A stretch of DNA of 24,000 nucleotides, taken from positions 45,745 through 69,744 of the forward strand of contig JAOACS010000010.1 in assembly GCA_026417655.1 (NCBI GenBank), read 5' to 3'. The first letter of the stretch is position 1, and each line of letters opens with the position of its first letter. Source of the stretch: Syntrophobacterales bacterium. GTDB lineage: Bacteria > Desulfobacterota > Syntrophobacteria > Syntrophobacterales > Thermodesulforhabdaceae. This document shows positions 1 to 7,303 of this stretch, piece after piece. The translations under genes and the position numbers were made by a program. The notes under the pieces are model-generated. The model had not been told where the DNA came from. It made no database searches and was given only the letters and a program-made list of their open reading frames with translations.

Positions 1-579
1 AAGCCTGAAAGTTTTTACAAACAGGACGATGCCTGGAGGTTTGCAAGGGTATTTCAAAACGGTGCTGAAAAGATCATACGTCCCTATTACCTCACTCTGA
101 ATATTTTCAATCCCGATAAGGCTGAATTTCTTCTCATTCAGCCCTTTAGTCCTCGAGGCCTTGATCTTTTAAGAGCCATAGCAACTGTTTCTTCGGATGG
201 TGACCGTTATGGGAAGATTACCGTTTTAGCCTTCCCTAAAGAGACTCAAGTATATGGTCCCTCTCAGGTTAATGCCATTATTGATCAGGACACAAGTATC
301 TCCCAACAATTTACTCTTTGGAATCAAATCGGCTCAGCGGTGGAACGGGGAAACATTATTATACTTCCCTACGCAGGGTCAGTGTTATACATCCAGCCTG
401 TATATCTTAAAGCTACAGGAGGCGTCACCATCCCAGAATTAAAGCGCCTTATTATAGCCTACGAAGATATGGTGGTCATGGAACCATCTCTTGAAGCCTC
501 TCTAGAACAGCTTATAAAGCGCATAGAAATTAGAGAAAAGCTTTATAAAGAAAGACTTAAGCGCTTTTCTGGAGAATAA
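1..579 (+). CDS. UPF0182 family protein, C-terminal fragment (5' end lies outside the window)
   Basis: Frame 1 is open from base 1 to the stop at 577-579. The translation is KPESFYKQDDAWRF...FSPRGLDLLRAIATVSSDGDRYGKITVLAFPKETQVYGPSQVNAIIDQD...GNIIILPYAGSVLYIQPVYLKATGG..IPELKRLIIAY. It matches my memory of the conserved C-terminal block of UPF0182 proteins (YG.l..l.fP....GP.Q....I.qd......Gn....P.....lYv.PvYl). The ORF track shows only the internal Met at 340. Confidence 0.75.
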   Translation, partial: KPESFYKQDDAWRFARVFQNGAEKIIRPYYLTLNIFNPDKAEFLLIQPFSPRGLDLLRAIATVSSDGDRYGKITVLAFPKETQVYGPSQVNAIIDQDTSISQQFTLWNQIGSAVERGNIIILPYAGSVLYIQPVYLKATGGVTIPELKRLIIAYEDMVVMEPSLEASLEQLIKRIEIREKLYKERLKRFSGE

Positions 580-590
580 CCAGAATGATC

Positions 591-1013
591 TCACAAGGTA
601 CTAGGCTCCCCATCTTTCTCATCCCTTTTTCGAGGAGGCGCTACCCTATCGAGAACCTTTTCGTAATAATATTGACCCTCTTCGAGAAGGGGCGAAACCC
701 TTTTCATCATATTGAGCTTGAGAATAAGATAGTTAAGCTTTTTTATTTGACGGTATTTTTCCTGAGTATCTTTGATACCAGAAAGAAGCTCCTCTGTGGT
801 TTTAATCTCTTTTTTAATTTCCATTTCAAGAGGAAGGCAGCCAGCATTTTTAAGAATCTTGTGGGCGATACGAAGTTCTGGTGGAATGTGGCTATCATCA
901 TCAATCTCTATGGGTTTTCCCTTGCAGGAAAGGTTATCGAACTCCCCCCTTTCCATGGCTTCCTTGATTCGTTCCTCAGCAATTTTCTGAAAAATAGTGA
1001 AAAAATTACTCAT
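591..1013 (-). CDS. DUF1992 / DnaJC28-like domain protein
   Basis: MSNFFTIFQKIAEERIKEAMERGEFDNLSCKGKPIEIDDDSHIPPELRIAHKILKNAGCLPLEMEIKKEI is the typical DUF1992 signature (I.eA...GeFdnL.GkGkPl..dd....p.elR.a.kiLkNAG.lP.E). The ORF track extends the ORF to 1067. I prefer the ATG at 1013, which begins the conserved N-terminus and has AAGGGG about 8 nt upstream. Confidence 0.7.
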   Translation of the reverse strand: MSNFFTIFQKIAEERIKEAMERGEFDNLSCKGKPIEIDDDSHIPPELRIAHKILKNAGCLPLEMEIKKEIKTTEELLSGIKDTQEKYRQIKKLNYLILKLNMMKRVSPLLEEGQYYYEKVLDRVAPPRKRDEKDGEPSTL

Positions 1014-1072
1014 AGTATGACCCCTTGTGTATTCGTAAACCTTCATCCTAAATTTACGGAGGAACACTCTTA

Positions 1073-1798
1073 ATGGCTATCATAAAGACATTTTTCACTC
1101 AACCCCAATCTCCAGTATCAAACATTTTTATTATCGGAGCAGGAGCCTTCGGCCGTAAGGCTTTGGAAAGGCTTTCTAAAAAGTATCCCGAATCGGTTAT
1201 AACTGTGGTAGATAACTCAAAAGAGACTCTTGATTTACTTTTCGATAATATAACTTCTCATTTCAGAATTAAAACTCTTCATGGAGATGGCATAGAAATT
1301 CTTACCTGGCATGATGCTGACCCCGATCTATGGATTATCCCAGCCATTCCGATTCATGTAGCTAGAGAATGGCTTAATAGGAAGCTTTCTTATAAGGGTA
1401 TAATCATTGAATCCACCCCACTGCCCAAAGAAATGTTGGAAAAGCTTCCCAATCCCTTTAGGATTAGTGGACGTGAGGATATTGTTTTCGTAAGCATCGC
1501 CGATTTTATTTGCCCTGACAATTGCCCAGAACCTTTAGAAAAATGCACTCACACGGGTAAACCAAGACCAGGAAACCTCTTTGATATGATAGCCAGCGCA
1601 GTCCCCAATCCCTGGTCAGCCCTTGTCTTTAGAAGTTTTCAGCTAGCACCTGGTGTGGGGGGTTACCCCCTAAGTTACCTTGTGGAAGGCATGAAAACCA
1701 TGGAGGAGCTGTATTCATCGAAGGAAGCAAAAAATGGTGTTATCATCGCTACAGCCTGTAGGTGTCATGGAGTAATAAACGCTATCAAGCTACGTTAG
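1073..1798 (+). CDS. Rossmann-fold NAD(P)/FAD-binding-like protein with Cys motif, function unknown
   Basis: 241-aa ORF with GGAGGAA 8 nt upstream of the ATG. The N-terminus NIFIIGAGAFGRKALERL...VITVVDNS is a GxGxxG beta-alpha-beta fold with an acidic residue at the end of beta2. The motif CPDNCPEPLEKC (Cx3Cx6C) lies at nt 1511-1546, and a C-terminal CRCHG is also present. I cannot place it in a named family. Confidence 0.6.
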   Translation: MAIIKTFFTQPQSPVSNIFIIGAGAFGRKALERLSKKYPESVITVVDNSKETLDLLFDNITSHFRIKTLHGDGIEILTWHDADPDLWIIPAIPIHVAREWLNRKLSYKGIIIESTPLPKEMLEKLPNPFRISGREDIVFVSIADFICPDNCPEPLEKCTHTGKPRPGNLFDMIASAVPNPWSALVFRSFQLAPGVGGYPLSYLVEGMKTMEELYSSKEAKNGVIIATACRCHGVINAIKLR

Positions 1799-2822
1799 CC
1801 ATGGAACCTAATTTGGAAATGAGATCCTCAAGAGAACAGGCCCTTTTTTCTACTTTTCCATCCCAAATCATGCGCCACACCGTGCCAGACCCATTTTCAT
1901 TTGAGATCTTTATCTTAAGCGGGGTAACCTCATCGGAAACAATAACATATCCAGCTCTAGTTAGGGCACGACATGTCCAGGCAGTAACCACATCGTCTAA
2001 GGAGGAAGAACTTTCCAGAACGACCCTACCCCGTTCAGGGCTTTCAAACACGAATGTCCCCAACCGTTTGTCGAAGACCACATTAGAGCCATCAAAAGCA
2101 GCGGAAAAGGCCCCATTTAACACTAAATCTTCAGGGATACCCGCTATGATGGAACCACCCTTAGGTAGAATCCACAGACGATCGGCACTCCTTAGGGCTA
2201 GATCAAGATCATGGGTGGAGAGAAGAACTGCAATATTAGACTCATTTGCAAGTTTTCTCAAAAGAAGCATTAGTTCAACCCGCCTTGGAAGATCTAAAAA
2301 AGCCGTTGCTTCATCTAGGATCATGATTTTAGGCTCCTGAGCAAGGGCCCTGGCTATCATTACCTTCTGTCGCTCTCCATCGCTTAATTCACTCAAGAGC
2401 CGATTAGCAAGATCTTCTATGCCCACAGCCCTTATAGCTCTCCAGACGATCTCTTCATCCTGAGAGGAAAGACTTCCCGTCCAGTTCGTATAGGGATAAC
2501 GACCTAATGCTACAACAGAAAATACAGGTATAAACCCTATAGAGGGACGGTCGGTAAGAACTATGCTTAAATGCTTTGCTATATCTCTAGGGGAAAAATT
2601 GTAGATGGAAGTGCCATTTATCATAACATCGCCGGAGATGGGTTTCTGGAGTCCAGCAAGAGTTCGAAGGAGGGTGGATTTTCCCGCCCCATTAGGACCA
2701 AGTAGGCAAACAAATTCGCCAGATTTCAAATTGACATTTATCCCCTCTGCCACCACAAATCTCGACCGATTGCGCTTTTTATAGCCAATTGTTAAATTTA
2801 AGGTTCTCAACAACTTAGACAT
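1785..2822 (-). CDS. ABC transporter ATP-binding protein, BtuD/FepC (type II importer) class, with about 90-aa C-terminal extension
   Basis: Walker A is GPNGAGKSTLL, the signature is LSDGERQ, Walker B is IMILDEATAFLD and the H-loop is STHDL. The start ATG lies 1 nt after the permease stop, with GGAGG upstream. At 345 aa it is longer than the roughly 250-260 aa usual for this class. Confidence 0.9.
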   Translation of the reverse strand: MSKLLRTLNLTIGYKKRNRSRFVVAEGINVNLKSGEFVCLLGPNGAGKSTLLRTLAGLQKPISGDVMINGTSIYNFSPRDIAKHLSIVLTDRPSIGFIPVFSVVALGRYPYTNWTGSLSSQDEEIVWRAIRAVGIEDLANRLLSELSDGERQKVMIARALAQEPKIMILDEATAFLDLPRRVELMLLLRKLANESNIAVLLSTHDLDLALRSADRLWILPKGGSIIAGIPEDLVLNGAFSAAFDGSNVVFDKRLGTFVFESPERGRVVLESSSSLDDVVTAWTCRALTRAGYVIVSDEVTPLKIKISNENGSGTVWRMIWDGKVEKRACSLEDLISKLGSMANVA

Positions 2823-2823
2823 A

Positions 2824-3936
2824 TTATACCTCCAGCCCTTGTCTCCGTTTTAGGATAACCCAAATTACCACCGGTGCACCAATTATAGAAGTGACGGCAT
2901 TAAGGGGTAACACTATTTTACTTCCTGGGACTTGGGAGATAAGATCAGCGGTCATAGCTAATATCGCACCCATAAGAATAACGGCTGGCACTAGTATCCT
3001 ATGATCCGACGTTCTAAAGATCAGACGGCATAGATGAGGGACAGCAATCCCTATGAATGCAACAGGTCCACAGAAAGCTGTAACTCCTCCGGCTAAAAGC
3101 GAACTCCCTGAAATCAAAAGTATCCTAGTCCGTTGCACATTCACTCCCATACTTCGAGCATAGCCCTCACCCAGAAGGAGGGCATTTAAGGGTTTCATCA
3201 TAACAACCGCCAGAAAAAGCCCCATGGTAACCGTTGGGACAAATACTTTAAGTTGGACCCATGTGACCCCACCAAAAGATCCAAATGTCCAGGTTATAAA
3301 CCTTTGCATTTGATGTTCTGCGGCAAATTGAAGAAGGACTTCCACGAAGGCATTACTAATGTAACCTATCATGAGACCAATGATTAGGAGAGTCACACTG
3401 TGCTGGACTTTCCGAGAAAAGGCTATCACTACGGAAAATGCGATCCCCGCTCCTATGATTGAAGCAACTACTATGCTTATATTGCCTAGAAGAGCGGTCT
3501 TTGAAAAAACAGCAGGAAGCCCTAGATTCCACGCAGAAAGCACAAGAATGGCTACTCCTAGGCTAGCTCCAGAGCTTATCCCAAGGACATAAGGACCGGC
3601 GAGGGGATTTCTGAAAAGAGTTTGCATCTTAAGCCCAGCAATACCAAGACCAGCACCGGCAAAGGCTGCAGTTATTGTTCTAGGAAGCCTAAAGACCGTG
3701 ATAATCTCCCGCCATCTTTCATCCGCTCGAGCTGGATCTAAGAGGCTTTTAACTATATCTCCTACTGGCACCATTACTGATCCAAGGCAGAGCTCGAGCA
3801 AAAAAAGAATAGCAACTACCACTAACAGGAAAAACCAGCGAAGGGCCGAAGAGAAAGAACCTCTTTCAGATTCTACTGTAACATCATATACACCCTTCGA
3901 TATCAAAGTCTTAAACTTTTCGGCCTCGACTGTCAC
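2824..3936 (-). CDS. FecCD-family ABC permease (BtuC/FhuB-like)
   Basis: The 370-aa polytopic protein carries typical FecCD blocks: RLPRTITAAFAGAGLGIAGLKMQTLFRNPLAGPYVLGISSGASLG ... LLGEGYARSMGVNVQRTRILLI...LLAGGVTAFCGPVAFIGIAVPHLCR. It has a GTG start at 3936, tightly coupled to the upstream stop at 3938-3940. Confidence 0.9.
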   Translation of the reverse strand: MTVEAEKFKTLISKGVYDVTVESERGSFSSALRWFFLLVVVAILFLLELCLGSVMVPVGDIVKSLLDPARADERWREIITVFRLPRTITAAFAGAGLGIAGLKMQTLFRNPLAGPYVLGISSGASLGVAILVLSAWNLGLPAVFSKTALLGNISIVVASIIGAGIAFSVVIAFSRKVQHSVTLLIIGLMIGYISNAFVEVLLQFAAEHQMQRFITWTFGSFGGVTWVQLKVFVPTVTMGLFLAVVMMKPLNALLLGEGYARSMGVNVQRTRILLISGSSLLAGGVTAFCGPVAFIGIAVPHLCRLIFRTSDHRILVPAVILMGAILAMTADLISQVPGSKIVLPLNAVTSIIGAPVVIWVILKRRQGLEV

Positions 3937-3937
3937 T

Positions 3938-5089
3938 TTATCTCTCCCTAGATTTAGGTAATTGGCGATACCAGATTAGTTTATGATCTGGTAGAATCTC
4001 CGGATGAAGGATCCTTATAAAATCAGAAATCACAAGATCAGGTCGCGCAACACCCGTTTCCCAAAAATCGTTACCTCCAGCATCATTTACTTTAGCATCG
4101 TTGTTATACACTTTTCCCTCTCGAAAAGCCTTAAAAAGGGAAAACCTTTCGTCCACCCCCTTCAGCTCCTCTAAGGACTTAACAGGCATTATTACACCAA
4201 TCCAGAAGTCAGCATCCCTGGCTCTTTCAACAACTGCTTCCGTGGAAATTGTCATGACACCAGTGGATTTATCATCATCCCAAAGGTATTTTCCCCCCGC
4301 ATCCTGAATAAATTTTGCAAGATAACCTCCACCTCCGGGCATATGCCAGGTGCCTTTAATGGGGACGTTGCAAAAAACGGTGGGTCTATATGTGACATTC
4401 TTTGTCTTTTCCGAAAGGGTCTCATAACGGGATACTATATCGTTAAAAACCCTCTCAGCCTCACTTTCCTTATTAAAAAAGGCAGCCAGAAACTTAATCC
4501 ACTCGGCCCTACCTAAAGGATGATTTTCCATGTGAGGTGCGACAATTATAGGTTTAAATCCCCCTTCAATAAGTTTCGGATGCTGGTCTGTTGCGGGATT
4601 TCCAGTCCCATAAAGGATTACAATGTCAGGTTTAAGGGCCACGAGACGCTCCTCATCAAACCTTAGTCCCATTCCTCGTCCTCTTCCCACCTTTATAATA
4701 CGACCTTCACGTATTAGTGATATAATTTGGGGGGAGTGGGTCCACTCTGGCTCACCTAGCCCAATAATGGAACTCTCAACCCCTAACATAGGGAAAAAGG
4801 CAGTAAAAGTTGTAGAAAGAATCGCAACCCGTTCTATTGGTATCGGAATTACAATAGATCCCGATGGAATATCCTTAGGAAAAGGCTTTCCCTTTGGAAC
4901 AAGAATATACTCAAAACCTTTCCTTGCCCCACGCCATGGATTTCTAACTTCTAGCTTCTTATAGTCACCGTAATAGGAAATTTTAAAACACTGGGAAAAC
5001 CTTACATTCGGCGGATCGGCTGGATAGACAAAGGGTGGTAGAAATGCTATGCAGATTAAAAGTAACAGGCTTAAAAGCTTAGGTTTCAT
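3938..5089 (-). CDS. Periplasmic substrate-binding protein of the corrinoid/siderophore (BtuF/FhuD) class
   Basis: MKPKLLSLLLLICIAFLPPFVYPA looks like a signal peptide. The body (RVAILSTTF..LG....IIG......LKPDIVILYG) resembles periplasmic-binding-protein type 2 proteins. It is the first gene after a cobalamin riboswitch. The ORF-track GTG start at 5119 would sit inside the riboswitch terminator. The ATG at 5089 has GGAGAGG at 5101-5107. Confidence 0.85.
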   Translation of the reverse strand: MKPKLLSLLLLICIAFLPPFVYPADPPNVRFSQCFKISYYGDYKKLEVRNPWRGARKGFEYILVPKGKPFPKDIPSGSIVIPIPIERVAILSTTFTAFFPMLGVESSIIGLGEPEWTHSPQIISLIREGRIIKVGRGRGMGLRFDEERLVALKPDIVILYGTGNPATDQHPKLIEGGFKPIIVAPHMENHPLGRAEWIKFLAAFFNKESEAERVFNDIVSRYETLSEKTKNVTYRPTVFCNVPIKGTWHMPGGGGYLAKFIQDAGGKYLWDDDKSTGVMTISTEAVVERARDADFWIGVIMPVKSLEELKGVDERFSLFKAFREGKVYNNDAKVNDAGGNDFWETGVARPDLVISDFIRILHPEILPDHKLIWYRQLPKSRER

Positions 5090-5118
5090 GTAGATTATAT
5101 CCTCTCCAGGTTTATACA

Positions 5119-5156
5119 CAAAAAAAGACCTCAGAACTTTTCGTATCCTGAGGCCT
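5119..5156 (-). terminator. Intrinsic terminator forming the expression platform of the cobalamin riboswitch
   Basis: The minus-strand RNA is GGCCUCAGGAUACGAAAAGUUCUGAGGUCUUUUUUUG. It has a stem of about 10 bp (two G-U pairs), a 9-nt loop and a U7 tract. It sits between the riboswitch aptamer and the RBS of the binding-protein gene. Confidence 0.7.
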
Positions 5157-5214
5157 GCACCCAGCTTCTTCGCCCTCCCTATGTCCCATCGGTTATCCTG
5201 TCGCCCAATGGAAC

Positions 5215-5390
5215 ATTCTCCTGTCAGGCAGGTCTTCTGACTTACGGATCGTCCTACTCTCCAAACCTTCCCGTCCTACTTAGGCAGGACAGTGGTTTTT
5301 TTGGATTTCGTCCCCGTTTACAGCGGCGGGACCGTTCCCGACTTTCACGGGATTCCCTTTTAAGCCTTTCGGCACCTGACAGAACCAATC
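5215..5390 (-). promoter_or_regulatory. Cobalamin (AdoCbl-type) riboswitch aptamer
   Basis: The minus strand reads CUGUCAGGUGCCGAAAGGCUUAAAAGGGAAUCCCGUGAAAGUCGGGAACGGUCCCGCCGCUGUAAACGGGGACGAA...CCACUGUCC...GGGAAGG...AGUCAGAAGACCUGCCUGACAG. The conserved GGUGCC, AAAAGGGAA, GUGAAA, GGUCCCGCCGCUGU and CCACUG blocks are all present. The B12 box AGUCAGAAGACCUGCC is at 5227-5242. P1 closes as CUGUCAGG (5377-5384) with CCUGACAG (5221-5228). Confidence 0.92.
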
Positions 5391-5417
5391 CTTAAAACAA
5401 TGCTCCTTTGTTGTCAA
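5389..5417 (-). promoter_or_regulatory. Putative sigma70-type promoter driving the riboswitch/importer operon
   Basis: On the minus strand a perfect TTGACA (5417-5412) is followed by a 17-nt spacer and a weak TAAGGA (5394-5389). This would place the transcription start just before P1. It lies immediately after the Slp stop codon. The -10 element is poor. Confidence 0.35.
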
Positions 5418-5419
5418 TA

Positions 5420-5956
5420 TTACCAACAACAGTAATGCCATCGCCACCAGTAATGGGTGTGGAAACAAACAACATCGCTGCATGCTTCATACCAGGGCGA
5501 AACCAATCGTGCCTCTTCCCATAGATGAATCTTTTCAGCCTTTACCAAGGGAACCGTATGCCTGACTTCCCCTATGGCTATTACCTCAACCCCTTGAATA
5601 CGCCCAGCAACCGTAACAAGGCGGCTTTCCCGGTAAATAGCTGGATCAAGAAAACCAGGATACACCACAGCAAATCGCCCCTCAGAATTATCACCCTCTT
5701 TGGGTTTAGCATCGTAGCCTAGGGGAAACTGTAAGATTTCGAAGTAGGTACCCTCCTGCCTGTTAGTTACCTTCACTATTTTACCTCCCCAGATGACCAT
5801 CTCTCCCTTATAACGGGCCGGATTAGCTTTAGCCTGCAAAAGTGTGATGGGTTCCTTGATCTGAGAGGCATACTGACCAAACATAGATGGAGCACAGGAG
5901 TAGGCTGTTAAAATAAGGAGGAAACCTAAAAGTATTGACACCAACTTCCGCTTCAT
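5420..5956 (-). CDS. Slp family outer-membrane lipoprotein
   Basis: MKRKLVSILLGFLLILTAYSC is a lipoprotein signal peptide with a lipobox Cys. The body (YKGEMVIWGGKIVKVTNRQEGTYFEILQFPL......EGRF...YPGFLDPAIY...LVTVAG) matches the Slp/YeaY pattern. I prefer the ATG at 5956, which has AGGAGGTGA 7 nt upstream. The track's start at 5962 is a TTG. Confidence 0.85.
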   Translation of the reverse strand: MKRKLVSILLGFLLILTAYSCAPSMFGQYASQIKEPITLLQAKANPARYKGEMVIWGGKIVKVTNRQEGTYFEILQFPLGYDAKPKEGDNSEGRFAVVYPGFLDPAIYRESRLVTVAGRIQGVEVIAIGEVRHTVPLVKAEKIHLWEEARLVSPWYEACSDVVCFHTHYWWRWHYCCW

Positions 5957-6010
5957 TACCAATCACCTCCTTTAATAAAAAGGGGTAGAGAAATTAAACT
6001 TCTAAAAATT

Positions 6011-7300
6011 TTAATCTCTACCCTCCGGTTCTTCAAGGTAGAGTTCACCTGCATCGTAATCGTAGGCGAAAAGTTCTGCGTAACGTCCCCAATCTATAGC
6101 CGTCTCAAGCTGATTCCAGGCTTCTTCTGGAGTAAAATGGTTCTTCAGGATATCCATGAAAAAATCCTCCGAAACCCTATGTTTCGACATAGTTGCAAGA
6201 ACCTGTACAATTTGTTTTATAAGTTGAATGTTTTCCAGGGCAGCATCTCTAAAAATCTCCTTCTTCTCAAGCGCTCCTGCTTCAGCCCAGAGCTTCCCCT
6301 TATCAGTCAAAATAAAATCTCCTTCCCTAATCTCTCCAAAATTTAAGAAGACGGCGGCTTCAATTAATGGAAAAATATCGTCAACCTCCATCGAGAGCTC
6401 TGAACTTAGAGCGTATACGTCAACCCTTCCTCCTTTGTCGTGAACGAGTTCCACAAGACCTGCAATAGCTCCAACTTTGGCGTGAGGAATAAACTGATAC
6501 CTACCCGCTTCGAGCAAAAATGGAACTTCCTCTGCAGGCTTGGTAATAACGGTGTAAATTTTGTCTAGAATAAATTTGAAATCCCGTGATGTGCGATCCC
6601 TTGGATAAGGAAGTTGGATGGAAATTTCCGCCCTTATACGTCCAGGATTATGACTTAACACAACAGCCCTAGATGCCATACTTACAGCCTCTTCTATGTT
6701 ATGTGTAACTAGAACTATCGCCTTAGCAGGAAGCTTACCATCACGCCAAAGATCTATAAGATCGTTTCTAAGGTTATCGGCAGTAAGCACATCAAGGGCA
6801 GAAAAGGGCTCATCCATAAGAAGAACTTCCGGTTCTACAACAAGTGCTCTTGCAATACCCACACGCTGGCGCATCCCGCCGCTTAATTCCCTCGGGTAAG
6901 CATCTTCAAAACCATCGAGCCCCACAAGGTCTATTGCCTGCAGCGCCCTCTTATGGATTTCATCTTTAGAAAGACCGCTTTTTACGAGCCCAACCTTTAC
7001 ATTCTCTAACACTGTAAACCACGGAAACAGCGCAAAACTTTGAAAGACAACGGCAATTTTTGCATCCGCCTCCTTAAGGGGCTTTCCTCTGTAGAGTACC
7101 TCCCCCTCCGTAGGCTCCACAAGCCTTGCTAGTATCCGAAGAAGTGTCGATTTACCAGCTCCCGACTGACCAAGAATTGCGACAAAGCTTCCAGAATAAA
7201 CCTTAAAGTTAATGTCTTCTAGAACGACAATTTCTCGACCCCTTCCGACAAAAAAAGACTTTTTAAGATGCCGGGTTTCTAAAATAGTTTCCCTTTCCAT
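6011..7300 (-). CDS. ABC transporter ATP-binding protein (NitT/TauT nitrate/sulfonate/bicarbonate class) with about 175-aa C-terminal AAA-associated-type domain
   Basis: Walker A is GQSGAGKSTLL, the Q-loop is VFQSFALFPW, the signature is LSGGMRQRVGIARAL, Walker B is LLMDEPFSALD and the H-loop is VTHNIEEA. The C-terminal half (HAKVGAIAGLVELVHDKGGRVDVYALSSELSMEVDDIFPLIEAAVFLNFGEIREGDFILTDKGK) resembles the C-terminal AAA-associated domain of this ATPase subfamily as I remember it. I take the ATG at 7300; the track's start at 7303 is a TTG. Confidence 0.9.
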   Translation of the reverse strand: MERETILETRHLKKSFFVGRGREIVVLEDINFKVYSGSFVAILGQSGAGKSTLLRILARLVEPTEGEVLYRGKPLKEADAKIAVVFQSFALFPWFTVLENVKVGLVKSGLSKDEIHKRALQAIDLVGLDGFEDAYPRELSGGMRQRVGIARALVVEPEVLLMDEPFSALDVLTADNLRNDLIDLWRDGKLPAKAIVLVTHNIEEAVSMASRAVVLSHNPGRIRAEISIQLPYPRDRTSRDFKFILDKIYTVITKPAEEVPFLLEAGRYQFIPHAKVGAIAGLVELVHDKGGRVDVYALSSELSMEVDDIFPLIEAAVFLNFGEIREGDFILTDKGKLWAEAGALEKKEIFRDAALENIQLIKQIVQVLATMSKHRVSEDFFMDILKNHFTPEEAWNQLETAIDWGRYAELFAYDYDAGELYLEEPEGRD

Positions 7301-7303
7301 CAA

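Noticed and set aside
585-1073. A 162-aa plus-strand ORF exactly antisense to the DUF1992 gene.
   Set aside because: It is a shadow ORF. Its translation is low-complexity and Phe/Leu-rich with no recognisable motif, whereas the minus-strand frame gives a clear DUF1992/DnaJC28 signature.
1762-2340. A 192-aa plus-strand ORF overlapping the importer ATPase.
   Set aside because: It lies antisense to a gene with perfect Walker A/B and signature motifs. Its Ser/Arg-rich translation is typical of a shadow frame.
5090-5119. Longer N-termini offered by the ORF track: 5119 for the binding protein, 5962 for Slp, 7303 for the ATPase, 9455 for SMR, 10934 for glf, 20184 for L28 and 1067 for DUF1992.
   Set aside because: In each case the upstream start is a GTG or TTG without an RBS (or, for DUF1992, an ATG with no RBS I could see), or it lies inside a terminator. 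An internal ATG or GTG with a well-spaced Shine-Dalgarno begins the conserved N-terminus or signal peptide.
5280-5483. A 67-aa minus-strand ORF in the Slp/importer intergenic region.
   Set aside because: It lies entirely over the cobalamin riboswitch aptamer and the Slp 3' end. The RNA element explains the sequence conservation pattern far better than a protein would.
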